DNA of 64,000 nucleotides from Eledone cirrhosa (taxonomy: Eukaryota): NCBI GenBank assembly GCA_964016885.1, contig OZ024764.1, positions 17,050,001 to 17,114,000 on the forward strand, given 5' to 3'. Below, one piece after another: positions 27,801-41,898 of the stretch (within the stretch, counting starts at the first letter, position 1; each line of letters starts with the position of its first letter). The notes under the pieces are model-generated. The model was not told the origin of the DNA, made no database searches, and saw nothing but the letters and a program-made list of their open reading frames with translations. Both the position numbers and the translations under genes were made by a program.

Positions 27801-27861
27801 CTTACCCGGTCACCCTCGCAAAGTGGTAGTGCTGGTGACACAACATACATACATACATAGA

Positions 27862-28170
27862 TCGAGAAGGACGATATCTACGGACCATTGATGAGGAGTT
27901 TGCAGATCCAGTATCCAAGATACTCCGTCAGCTTCATACTCATCCTTATTGGAGCTACGGGTTATATACCAACCCGCTTAGCCCAAAGTATACCTGAACT
28001 TTGATTTGAGGACAAAGAACACAGCTCCCTAATTCGTAGACTACAAATGGCTGCGATAGCTGGCACCTTCAAAATTTGCAAAACATTCTTGCGATTCAAG
28101 GGATAACAATCTCTTTTCTTTTACAACCTTGCCACCAGGAAGGTGGCCAGTCAAAAATGTACTCGATATT
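27862..28170 (+). mobile_element. R4/Dong-like (RLE-type) LINE 3' fragment
   Basis: EKDDIYGPLMRSLQIQYP..ILIGATGYIP..L*..IRRLQMAAIAGTFKICKTFL; one internal stop. Confidence 0.6.
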
Positions 28171-28443
28171 AAGACAGACACACAGACAGACATACATACA
28201 TGAGAGAGTCAACTAAATTTCGTCAAATTAAACCAAGGAAACAATGTTTCCATTGGTTTTTCCAGTTGCTAATGCTATCTATCGGTGGCAACTCCAGGTA
28301 GAAGGAGCAACATGAAATAAAGTGTCTTGCTCAAGGACATAATGCATCACCTGGCCCGGGAATCGAACTCACAACCTCACGATTGCCAATCCAATTTTCT
28401 TACCAATCAGCCACACACCTTCACTACATACATACAGACACAC

Positions 28444-28555
<112 letters not shown>

Positions 28556-30164
28556 ACATATATGTATACATATATATATATATATATGAATTATAAGAAT
28601 CAAAGAACTGTTCAAAACATTTTTATGCTTACAACTGTTTCCTCCAAACCGAGGTTTGGATTCCTCGGAGCAATTTATTAATGAGTGAACACTTATATGA
28701 CCTCCTTTTCACCCAAGAGACATACAGATACATATGCAAATATTGTGGGTCAACATTCATTACAGCATTTAGAGTGGCAGTACACACTTAGAGATTACAT
28801 TCATATTAAAAGATACAATCAAAAATACAGGTTAAAGTACAACATGAAAATAAGCGGTTATATAGTGCAAAGGTTATATGTGTGGCAAGCACGTGCGTCT
28901 TGTTTATATAGTGTGGCAGAGAGTTACGTGTAGTAGAAGCCCTTAAGTAGGTGAACAAGAGTGTTAGGTTGGTTGATCTGGTGACAAATTCTTTATATGA
29001 TTGTTATAGTCTGTGTGTGGAGAAATAATATAAGCATTAAAAATAGTGCAAGCATTAAAAATATTAAAAATGCGCAGTGAAGGGATGATATGGACCTCAT
29101 GTACTTCGACATTTTCATAGTCTGGGGAGTGTATTTTTCAGATTATATGCCCCTCACATAATCCACGACGATTCGATATTGAGCGTTTGACAATCCAGTT
29201 AGAGAATCGTAGTCTGATGTTCTTTAGTTCAATACAGGAGGATGTTACGTTTCGAGAATCGACATCGAAATACTACCTGGAAGTGCGTGTGTGGCTAAGG
29301 GGAGGTTTCTATTACTAACTATTAAAATGTGTCTCAAAATAGACCCTAACTTCTATGGTTATGCGCAATTTCTAAAAAATTTCCAAAACTTAAAGTGTTT
29401 TAACTATAGAGTAGTCTATTAAGTTGTGCTGAAGGTGTTCGTATTATTATGGTGATTAACCCCCATCGTAGAGTGCCACAAATGAATATTACAGACGACG
29501 AGCGAGGGTTCTAAATTAATGATCTCTGTGGTTGCAGTCTACTCAAAGGACCCGGCGCGGTGATTGCAGAATCCCTTCAACACACAATGATCTCTGGTAA
29601 GTTCCGGGTCATCGCTTGCTACATTGGATGTCGAAAGATAATCACCAGGGCCGACCAGAGGTCAATCCGCAGTCCTCCTGACCCCAATCTGACCATCAAA
29701 TCATCCATATATGTACAACCCATACGCCACTTGCAATACATTCATTCCCTGCACTCAGCGTACCGGTCATACTGCTCATCAGCATTACTAGACTAATTCG
29801 TTTTTCATCTGTCCAACGATGGCACTTCTTCCACACAACACCAACAAGACAATCAATTCATGCTTAAACTACCTATAGAGCAGTGTAGTGCAGTTCAAGT
29901 GGGTGGCATATATATATATATACACAAACACACATATATACATATATATATACACACAAACATATATATATATACACAAACACACATATATACATATATA
30001 TACACACAAACATATATATATACATATATACACACATCATCATGTTACGTCCACTTTTCCCTGCTTGCAAGGGAGGGGGGGATTCTTATTAAGTACAGTA
30101 TCTATCCACTTGTCATGGTCCTTTGAGTGTGTATATATGTACACATATATATATATATATAAAC

Positions 30165-30197
<33 letters not shown>

Positions 30198-30336
30198 TAT
30201 ATATACACACACACACAGATATATATATATATATACACACATATATATATATATACATATATATATATACACACACACACATATATATATATATACATAT
30301 ATATACACACACACACATATATATATATATACACAC

Positions 30337-30391
<55 letters not shown>

Positions 30392-30491
30392 CACACACAC
30401 ACACATATATATACACACACACACATATTATATATACACACACACACACATATATATATACACACACACACATATATATATACACACACAC

Positions 30492-30524
<33 letters not shown>

Positions 30525-30575
30525 TATATATATACACACACACAATATATATATATATATACATACACACACACA

Positions 30576-30645
<70 letters not shown>

Positions 30646-30721
30646 CACACACACACATATATATATATATATAAACCTCCAAAGCTTCTCTACTCATTAT
30701 TCTGTTCATTCTACAGTGACA

Positions 30722-31049
30722 ATGTCCAAGTCTCCAGTTGTGGCCAGTTTACAGGTACAGCTACTGTTGGTCATCCTTGCAACAGATCTGAAAGTTACCT
30801 TACAGAATGAATGTCTTGGAGGTTATCAATATTTAGGTATCAACAACATCTATAGCTACCTTCTGCCCTCTTCGCCAGACAAAACTTTGCAAAGTTCTAA
30901 TATATCTGAATGTTCATTGTCTGCTTTTAATAATGATTTCAGATATTTCTGTTACAACAGTACCGCCAATCTTTGTAAAGTGTTCTCATCTACTAGTATA
31001 CTAACAATTACAGAGGTACACAACAGCAACAAGGCTTGCTACTTTAGAT
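30722..31049 (+). CDS. Copy A exon 1: signal peptide plus PAN/Apple-like domain
   Basis: [23 protein letters not shown]...ECSLSA...[14 protein letters not shown]...KACYFR; phase-1 donor gtaagt. Confidence 0.87.
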
Positions 31050-34000
31050 GTAAGTAAAATATTGCTATTATTAACACTTTAGCATTTACATTACTCTATA
31101 TATACTATTGTATTTTCACAGTAAAGGCTTTACCTCACATAATATCTCACATAGCATTTACATTACTCTATATATACTATTGTATTTTCACAGTAAAGGC
31201 TTTACCTCACATAATATCTCACATAGCATTTACATTACTCTATATATACTATTGTATTTTCACAGTAAAGGCTTTACCTCACATAACATTTACATTACTC
31301 TATATATACTATTGTATTTTCACAGTAAAGGTTTTACCTCACATAATATCTCACATAACATTTATATTACTCTATATATACTATTGTATTTTCACAGTAA
31401 AGGCTTTACCTCACATAACATTTACATTACTCTATATATACTATTGTATTTTCACAGTAAAGTCTTTACCTCACATAATATCTCACATAACATTTACATT
31501 ACTCTATATATACTATTGTATTTTCACAGTAAAGGCTTTACCTCACATAATATCGAATCTATGAGATTTTGAAAGTATTTCTTTTGAGAACAATACCTTA
31601 ACATCAGTGTGAGTGGCCAGTTACAGCAAAAAGTAGAGAATTCTGGCCGGTTTGAACATTAAAGGGTTAATACAATTATAATATTATTCTTATATATTTA
31701 TATTCCAGACACTGAATGGATAAAAGTTTATGAGTTAAGTATGAGGGCTGGTTCCCAGGTCTATAATTCCTTTGTCAATAATGGAAACCATACAACATGG
31801 AAGGTGGACAAATGTAATGGACAGTTTTGTCCTAAATTCTTCAGACATCCGATCCTTGACATCTGGGGAGATCTCCAAATTGAGGAGGTATGTATGTATG
31901 TATGTATGTATGTATGTATGTATGTATGTGTGTGTGTGTGTATATATATATATACATATATATGATTGTGCAGGAGATAAGGCTGAGATGGTATGGACAT
32001 GTGATGCGCATGGAGGATGAACGATTGGTAAAGAAGTGCCAGGAAGTCCCAGTGGAGGGAAGACGTGGAAGAGGAAGACCACAAAAAACATGGGCGGAGG
32101 TGGTGAGAGCAGACCTCAGATGGCTGAAACTCACAGAGGAGATGACGAAGGACCGTGACAAGTGGAGAGATGCTGTGCTGAATAGGACCTGTCCCACCCT
32201 TGCAAGCAGGGAAAAGTGGACGTAAAATGATGATGATGATGATGATGATGAAATGTGTATCTATATGCATATATTATATATGTATATATTATATATGTAT
32301 ATATTATATATATATATAAATATATATGTATATATATATATATGTATAAATATATATAAATATATATGTATATATATATATATACAGATATATATAAATA
32401 TATATATATGTATATATATATATAAATATATATATATGTATATATATATATAAATATATATATATGTATATATATATATAAATATATATATATGTATAAA
32501 TATATATAAATATATATGTATATTTATATATATACAGATATATATAAATATATATATATGTATATATATATATAAATATATATATATTGTTATTTTGTTA
32601 GGTTAAAGTGGTGATTTACAAAAACAAAACAGCTGTGGTAAACATGGTTTTTGATGGACATGATACAACAATAACAAGTTGGTTTTCTAAGAAACATCTG
32701 AAAAGTTCCCCATGGACAGATACAGACACAGTTGATTTTTTTTCACTTGAGGGATACAGGTACATCACTGTTATCATATCTTATTGTAATGATTCCTCTA
32801 TACACTGTAAAGTGGTCATGTAGGTGTTACGACAAAAAGCACCCAGCCCACACTGTAAAGTGGTCATGTAGGTGTCACAACAAAAAGCACCCAGTCCACA
32901 CTGTAAAGTGGTCATGTAGGTGTCACAACAAAAAGCACCCAGTCCACACTGTAAAGTGGTCATGTAGGTGTCACAACAAAAAGTACCCAGTCCACACTGT
33001 AAAGTGGTCATGTAGGTGTCACAACAAAAAGCACCCAGTCCACACTGTAAAGTGGTCATGTAGGTGTCACAACAAAAAGCACCCAGTCCACACTGTAAAG
33101 TGGTCATGTAGGTGTCACAACAAAAAGTACCCAGTCCACACTGTAAAGTGGTCATGTAGGTGTCACAACAAAAAGCACCCAGTCCACACTGTAAAGTGGT
33201 CATGTAGGTGTCACAACAAAAAGCACCCAGTCCACACTGTAAGGTGGTCATGTAGGTGTCACAACAAAAAGCACCCAGTCCACACTGTAAAGTGGTCATG
33301 TAGGTGTCACAACAAAAAGCACCCAGTCCACACTGTAAAGTGGTCATGTAGGTGTCACAACAAAAAGCACCCAGTCCACACTGTAAAATGGTCATGTAGG
33401 TGTCACAACAAAAAGCACCCAGTCCACACTGTAAAGTGGTCATGTAGGTGTCACAACAAAAAGCACCCAGTCCACACTGTAAGGTGGTCATGTAGGTGTC
33501 ACAACAAAAAGCACCCAGTCCACACTGTAAAGTGGTCATGTAGGTGTCACAACAAAAAGCACCCAGTCCACACTGTAAAGTGGTCATGTAGGTGTCACAA
33601 CAAAAAGCACCCAGTCCACACTGTAAAGTGGTCATGTAGGTGTCACAACAAAAAGTACCCAGTTCACACTGTAAAGTGGTCATGTAGGTGTCACAACAAA
33701 AAGCACCCAGTCCACACTGTAAAGTGGTCATGTAGGTGTCACAACAAAAAGTACCCAGTCCACACTGTAAAGTGGTCATGTAGGTGTCACAACAAAAAGC
33801 ACCCAGTCCACACTGTAAAGTGGTCATGTAGGTGTCACAACAAAAAGCACCCAGTCCACACTGTAAAGTGGTCATGTAGGTGTCACAACAAAAAGTACCC
33901 AGTCCACACTGTAAAGTGATCATGTAGGTATCACAACAAAAAGCACCCAGTCCACACTGTAAAGTGGTCATGTAGGTGTCATGACAAAAAGTACCCAGTC

Positions 34001-34535
34001 CACACTGTAAAGTGGTCATGTAGGTGTCACAAAAGCACCCAGTCCACACTGTAAAGTGGTCATGTAGGTGTCATGACAAAAAGTATTCAGTTCACCCCTT
34101 CCTTCCTCAGTCATCCCTAGTGTGTGATGGACAAATGCACAAATCTTTTATATTAATGGATTATTTCAACAAAATTAAAAGTTGACTGTCTTACTTCCTC
34201 TGTTTCAGCACACGACGCTTTTTTATAGTCAAACCTAAAACGTGCGCAATAGACAGTGGTTGGTTGGTTATCCTAGAAGCTAATTCAGTTTGTAATTGGA
34301 CAGTTTCACCACACTACCCTGTAATATTTTATTCAACTAACATTTCAGCAACTACTTGGGATAAAGGTAATACAACTTTTATTTTACTCTGTGTGTGTGG
34401 AGGCACATGGCTTAGTGGTTAGAGCATCAGGCTTGCAATTGAGCTTAGTGTTGTGTTCTTGAGCAAGACACTTTATTTCATGTTGCTCCAGTTTACTCAG
34501 CTGTACAAATGTATTGTGATATCAGTGGTGCCAAG

Positions 34536-34581
<46 letters not shown>

Positions 34582-35392
34582 TGTACATAATATATATATA
34601 CATACTGTATATAATATATATATACATACTGTACATAATATATATATATATATATACTGTACATAATATATATATATATACTGTATATAATATATATATA
34701 TATATACTGTACATAATATATATATATATACTGTACATAATATATATATATATATACTGTACATAATATATATATACATACTGTATATAATATATATATA
34801 TATATACTGTACATAATATATATATATATACTGTACATAATATATATATATATACTGTATATAATATATATATATATATACTGTACATAATATATATATA
34901 TATACTGTACATAATATATATATACATACTGTATATAATATATATATATATATACTGTACATAATATATATATACATACTGTATATAATATATATATATA
35001 TACTGTACATAATATATATATACATACTGTATATAATATATATATATATATACTGTACATAATATATATATACATACTGTATATAATATATATATATATA
35101 TACTGTACATAATATATATATACATACTGTATATAATATATATATATATACTGTATATAATATATATATATATACTGTACATAATATATATATATATATA
35201 TATATATATACTGTACATAATATATATATACATACTGTATATAATATATATATATATATACTGTACATAATATATATATATATATACTGTACATAATATA
35301 TATATATATATATACTGTACATAATATATATATATATATATACTGTACATAATATATATATACATACTGTATATAATATATATATATTGTAC

Positions 35393-35449
<57 letters not shown>

Positions 35450-35812
35450 TGTACATCATATATATACATACTCTACATAATATATGTACTGTATATAATA
35501 TATATATATATATATATAGTATATATTTTGTATATATATGTATATATATGTTGTAATGTCACTGGTGTCAAGCTGTAAATATAGTAGTAGTAGTAGTATA
35601 GTAGTAGTAATATTAGTAGTAGTAGTGGTAGTAATAGTAGTGGTTGTAGTGGTAGTGGTAGTAGTAGTAGTAGTAGTAATAGTAGTGGTAGTAGTAGTAG
35701 TGGTGGTCACTTACTGTTGTTGTTGTTGTTGTTACTGTTGTTATTGTTGTTATTGCCAGGTCATGGGACAGCTGACTCCTTCGCTATATTTCTCCGTCTC
35801 AAAACAACTTAA
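30722..35812 (+). CDS. Uncharacterised secreted protein, copy A (signal peptide, PAN/Apple-like domain, Trp-rich C-terminal domain), 5 coding exons, 291 aa
   Basis: Exons 30722-31049, 31709-31887, 32602-32759, 34209-34366 and 35760-35812 join in frame at GT-AG sites (876 nt, ending TAA). AATAAA at 35913 and 35923. Internal exon sizes and phases match copy B. Confidence 0.88.
31075..31666 (+). mobile_element. TTAA-flanked MITE with 60/72-bp internal tandem repeat (copy A intron 1)
   Basis: TTAA|CACTTTAGCATTTA ... CATTAAAGGG|TTAA. Confidence 0.7.
31709..31887 (+). CDS. Copy A exon 2
   Basis: [21 protein letters not shown]...[17 protein letters not shown]; ttccag/gtatgt. Confidence 0.88.
31965..32250 (+). 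mobile_element. RTE LINE 3' fragment
   Basis: [19 protein letters not shown]...[18 protein letters not shown]; (GAT)n tail. Confidence 0.85.
32602..32759 (+). CDS. Copy A exon 3
   Basis: [40 protein letters not shown]...FSLEGY; tgttag/gtacat. Confidence 0.88.
32803..34085. repeat. 48-bp minisatellite (about 26 copies), copy A intron 3
   Basis: Unit cactgtaaagtggtcatgtaggtgtcacaacaaaaagcacccagtcca. Confidence 0.95.
34209..34366 (+). CDS. Copy A exon 4
   Basis: [52 protein letters not shown]; tttcag/gtaata. Confidence 0.88.
35760..35812 (+). CDS. Copy A exon 5 (terminal)
   Basis: [17 protein letters not shown]; conserved in copies B and C; followed by AATAAA. Confidence 0.83.
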
Positions 35813-36008
35813 CCAACTACATCATCTCCACTTCTACCATTGTTGTTGTTGTCATCGTCCATCCTTTCCAGATGGCCACCACCAATGATTTATAAGTCAA
35901 GTATTACCAATCAATAAACCACAATAAATCATTCAATACAATATTGACCTCTTCTTCTGATTCTCTCTCTCTCTCTCTATCTACATATCTACCTGTCCGT
36001 CTCTCTCT

Positions 36009-36039
<31 letters not shown>

Positions 36040-36047
<8 letters not shown>

Positions 36048-36728
36048 ACAGATTAAAGTTTAAGCAAAGAATCGCTGCTTTCACCCTTAACGGGATCTTA
36101 AGGGTGAAAGCAGCGATTCTTTGCTCAAATTTTAATCTGTTATTTTCATAAATATTTGCTCTAAGATTTATATATATATATATAATAGCTTTCACCGTAT
36201 TTTTTACTATAGGAATTTTAGCCTGAAAATGGTGTTTAGAACCCTCAGATAAATGGAAAAAGATGAGTATTGACTTACATGTACGTCAATACTCATCTTT
36301 TTCCATTTATCTGAGGGTTCTAAACCCCATTTTCAGGCTAAAATTCCTTTAGTCAAAAATACGGTGAAAGCTATTCTATTTTCTAATTTCAAACCTGCTC
36401 AGTTTCAAAACATACTTACTTGTCATATATATATATATATATAAATTATCCTTATTGAGCCCTCTTCGGATTTTAGTCTTCACATTTATTATTATGACTA
36501 TATATATATATATATATATACAATATGTTGAAAGGGTAACACACTAGAGAGAGAGATAGTGTGCCATCAATAAAACAGGGAAAACCACCAGTGTATGGAA
36601 TCTATAACCTATGGAAGGTGTGTCTACTCTGCCTTTCATAGGTTATAGATTCCATACACTGGTGGTTTGTCCGTTTTATTGATGGCACACTATCTCTCTC
36701 TAGTGTGTTACCCTTTCAACATATTGTA
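36040..36728. repeat. Cluster of three fold-back palindromes
   Basis: Hairpins at about 36040-36150, 36184-36375 and 36520-36728. Confidence 0.85.
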
Positions 36729-36970
36729 TTTAAAGAGCTTAGGATTCCTTTTCCTTTGAGCACATTATTGACAGGGAATAGCGAGTGTCTCTGGCTCCGT
36801 TAATTTTTCGTGATGTATATATTAATATATATATGTAGGAGGTGAGTTTTATTGTAGTACAATAAAGCAATGCAGATATCAGATAAGATTTAAAACTGCA
36901 CTATCCACAAGTGTTTTTTAGCCTTCATAATAATAATAATAATAATGAAATTATTGTTATCATGTTCTCC

Positions 36971-37041
36971 TGTTTTATCTGATGAAAACACAAATATTAT
37001 TGCATGATGATGTTTGTTTTTGAAATGCGCATAATAAAATA
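36971..37041 (+). ncRNA. Minimal type-I hammerhead ribozyme motif
   Basis: tgttttat-CTGATGA-aaacacaaat..gtttgttttt-GAAA-t(gcgc)a-TA-ataaaata; palindromic GCGC loop 3. Confidence 0.68.
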
Positions 37042-37211
37042 CATGGAACTCCTTTAACCATCTTTTGATCTTATATATTAATATATATATATATATATAT
37101 ATACACACAAATGGAAGTTTAGTAAAATCGAAGTTTTGGCTGTGGCCAAGCTAACGATATACAATCAGGAATGTGAATCAAAGCACTCGATAAGGTTGTG
37201 TCACCTTAGAG

Positions 37212-37245
<34 letters not shown>

Positions 37246-38027
37246 CACCACAGGCTGGAAAATGTACATAATTTACACACACACACACACACTATATATA
37301 TATCACCTTCATCACCTTGACTGACCAGTCTGTCAGGCGTCCATTCGGCGCCGCTGGTCACAGCACGTCGTGCTGTTTTAGCCATAAGATAACGCCATCC
37401 CACTGGCTGGGAGGGCAGACCATATATATATATACTTATATAAACTTAAGAAAATTAACAAAGAAAGGACAAGACTATGAACGGAAACAAAAGGGAAAAC
37501 AATTTTTTAAGGGGAAACCTTAAAAAATTGTTCTTTGAAAATAAACAAATATAGAAACGAAAAACACAGAACTCCAGAGTCATCAGCTGTTGGAATGGAC
37601 TTTAGTAGTTTTGACCCCTACCAGTGTAGTGTATGCGTGTGTGTATCGTTTGCCAAACAAATGTAAGGGAGATAATGTAAGGGAGATAATGTAAGGGAGA
37701 TAATGTAAGGGAGATAATTCAAGACTAAGTTAGTAGTGAAACAGGACTAGAACTGTTTCATTCTTTAGAAATCATGAGGAATCTGATGAATCATCAGGAA
37801 TCTATATATGTGTATATATATATATGTGTATATATATATATATATATATGTGTATATATATATATATGTGTGTATATATGTATTTATATATGTGTATATA
37901 TATATATGCATGTATATATATATATATATATGTGTATATAAGTTTTAATATAGATGAGATTCTACAGGACTAGAACTGTTTCATTCTTTAGAAATCATCA
38001 GGAATCTGATGAATCATCAGGAATCTA

Positions 38028-38060
<33 letters not shown>

Positions 38061-38519
38061 GTGTATATATATATGTGTGTATATATGTATATATATATAT
38101 GCATATATATATGTGTGTATATATATATATATATGTGTGTGTATATATATATATATATGTGTGTATATATATATATATGTGTGTGTATATATATATATAT
38201 ATATGTGTATATATGTATATATATGTGTGTATATATATATATATATGTGTGTATATATATATATATATGTGTATATATATATATATATATGTGTGTATAT
38301 ATATATATATGTGTTTGTATATATATATATATGTGTGTGTATATATATATATATGTGTGTGTATATATATATATATATATGTGTATATATGTATATATAA
38401 CAATACAAGGATGATTGCTGAAGCCGACATTACTTTTATTGGTTGGTGACACACGTTTCTCTATTTGATCAGCTCAAGGTTTGATCTGTATTGATCTGCA
38501 TCAATCTGTATTGATCTGT

Positions 38520-38991
38520 ATCTTGCTGCCACGCGTACGGCCTACCTGCAGCTACCTGGTCGATCCAGGGCTTTATTACCTCGCTCAGAATGCGGATGTA
38601 GCCATCGGTGCTCAGCTTGAGGCCCTCAGGGAAGAAGTGAGGTGGCATGACGTCACCTTGACTGCTGACGACACCTAAGACCAATGTTGTCGCTGGAAAC
38701 TTTGTCTGCATGACTCTGGGCACGTCTTTGGATGAGACAGCGAGCCACCTGTTGTTCTTGGAGTTGATCTTCTGGTCCTTATTTGTCCCCCCCGGCGCGG
38801 ATTCCAAGAAGAACTCCGTGTCTCTTCCACAAATTTGGAGGTTCAAAATTATTCATAATCAATTATTCTGAAAATAAATAATGGAAATATAGTCACTGTT
38901 TTTATGAAGACAAGAGTTGACAACGGAAGTAGAAAAAATTTGCATAAAATTAGCAGTTGAAAATTGCAAACAAATATCATCCTCACCCTGT
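38520..38991 (-). mobile_element. Tc1/mariner (maT/DD37D-like) transposase remnant
   Basis: NSKNNRWLA...TKFPATTLVLGVVSSQGDVMPPHFF...Y..IL..VIKPW......RPYAWQQD; TIR-like end ..CACCCTG|TA. Confidence 0.8.
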
Positions 38992-39002
38992 ATATATGTA
39001 TT

Positions 39003-39050
<48 letters not shown>

Positions 39051-39443
39051 GATAGATCCAGTTTAAATCTAGTTAGACCATTACTCAACAGCGTACCAGA
39101 GTACTCAATACTTGGGGTAGTAGAGTATAGCTATATTATAAAGTGTCAGGACCCCAATAGCTGAGCTGTTGGTATCTCAACAGTTCCAGTCTTCTGAGGG
39201 ACTGGCTGTCACCAGTCATCTACTTTGTCCAAATAAGCCTCCATCAATTATTTATCTAATTGTAAATTGTCTTCATTTAAGTGTTTTACAAATAATCAAT
39301 CATGTTTTATTGATAGACAGAGACATGCTTCCATATAAATATTTTATGTCTAAGGGAGTGGTTGTGTGTGTGTGTGTAGATATGTAGCGTAGTTAGTGTG
39401 TACATGTATGTGTGCGTTTATGTGTGCATCTGAGTGGTGATAA

Positions 39444-39501
<58 letters not shown>

Positions 39502-39560
39502 GTATATATATATATGTATATATATATGTATATTTATATGTATATGTATATATATATGTA

Positions 39561-39656
<96 letters not shown>

Positions 39657-40176
39657 TACACACATATATACATACATATACATATATACATACATATACA
39701 CATACATATACACATACATATATAAATACATGGCGAAGGACCGTGACAAGTGGAGAGATGCTGTGCTGAATAGGACCTGTCCCACCCTTGCAAGCAGGGA
39801 AAAGCGGACGTAAAATGACGATGATGATGATGATGATATATCTGGGTGCATTGAACAAGGAAAATAAAACAAACAAAGATGGATTCTAAATAAATTACGT
39901 GCTTTACGCATGTTTTGATCATTATAGACCAAGATATTGATCAGCGGGTTAGGTGGTTATGTCTACAATATAAACTATAATATTTAACGCCTACCTCGTT
40001 GAAACCATCTTTTCAAAGCTGTATTGAGTTCTACACACACACACGCATATATATATACATATATATATATACACACATACATACACAGATATATATATGT
40101 ATATATGTATATATATGTACATAAATATATACACACACACATATATATACACACGCACATATACATTATACACATA

Positions 40177-40220
<44 letters not shown>

Positions 40221-40385
40221 CATTAAACACATATATATATTATACATATATATATATATATATATTATACATTAAACATATATATATATTATACATTATA
40301 CACATATATATATTATACATTATACACATATATATATAATACATATATATATTATACATTATACACATATATATTATACATTATT

Positions 40386-40438
<53 letters not shown>

Positions 40439-40603
40439 CCAGATATATATTAATAATTAATACAAAGAGCCATGTGATCAATAACCTATCAATATAATTA
40501 ATCATGTATCACAGGTATTTCATGACTGATCAGCTGAATGTCAGATTGGCATCTCTTAAACTGGTAAACCAATATTTACTAAATGCCATGCATCAATAAC
40601 CTA

Positions 40604-40650
<47 letters not shown>

Positions 40651-40651
40651 C

Positions 40652-40688
<37 letters not shown>

Positions 40689-40695
40689 ATATATT

Positions 40696-40815
<120 letters not shown>

Positions 40816-40823
40816 TATATATA

Positions 40824-40979
<156 letters not shown>

Positions 40980-41041
40980 CTTAAGGTAAACATTGATGCA
41001 ATTCAATTCAATATATATATATATGTATATATGTATGTATG

Positions 41042-41073
<32 letters not shown>

Positions 41074-41272
41074 TATGTGTGTGTATGTATATATATATAT
41101 ATGTATGTATATATACATATGTATGTATATATATATATATACGTACGTATGTATATATATATATCTATGTATGTATGTATATATATGAATTTGTCTTCTT
41201 CCACACATTATCACTTTCAAGTGCCTTGTATTACTACATCCGCCCTCTCATCTCCATCCCTACTCCTTTGTT

Positions 41273-41337
<65 letters not shown>

Positions 41338-41372
41338 TATACAGACACATACACACACACATATATATATAT

Positions 41373-41403
<31 letters not shown>

Positions 41404-41416
41404 CACACACACATAC

Positions 41417-41451
<35 letters not shown>

Positions 41452-41466
41452 CATATATATATATAT

Positions 41467-41513
<47 letters not shown>

Positions 41514-41573
41514 TATATATATATAAACCTCCAAAGCTTCTCTACTCATTATTCTGTTCCTTCTACAGTGACA

Positions 41574-41898
41574 ATGTCCAAGTCTCCAGTTGTGGTCAGT
41601 TTACAGGTACAGCTACTGTTGGTCATCCTTGCAACAGATTTGACCGTTACCTCAAATAACTTCTGTAGACTTTACCACTCTTTTGCTCCTGATTACATCT
41701 ATAGCTACCTTCTGCCCTCTTCATCTGACAAAACCTTCAAACGTCCTGACTTAACCCAATGTGCTTCTGTTGCTTTGAAATCTGATTACAGTTATTTTTG
41801 TTATGACAAATCAACTAGTCTTTGTACAACATACCTTTCAACTAGTATACTCACAGTTCAGAATGTACAAAACAGTACTAAGATTTGTTACTTTAAAT
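41574..41898 (+). CDS. Copy B exon 1: signal peptide plus PAN/Apple-like domain
   Basis: [23 protein letters not shown]...QCASVA...[11 protein letters not shown]...KICYFK; donor gtaagt. Confidence 0.87.

Noticed and set aside
29590-29603. Strong donor-like G|GTAAGT as a possible 5' UTR exon end of copy A
   Set aside because: No counterpart found upstream of copy B and no other support.
39895-39950. Hammerhead-like remnant on the minus strand (CTGATCA...AAAACATGCGTA)
   Set aside because: Two core positions deviate and stem I does not pair convincingly.
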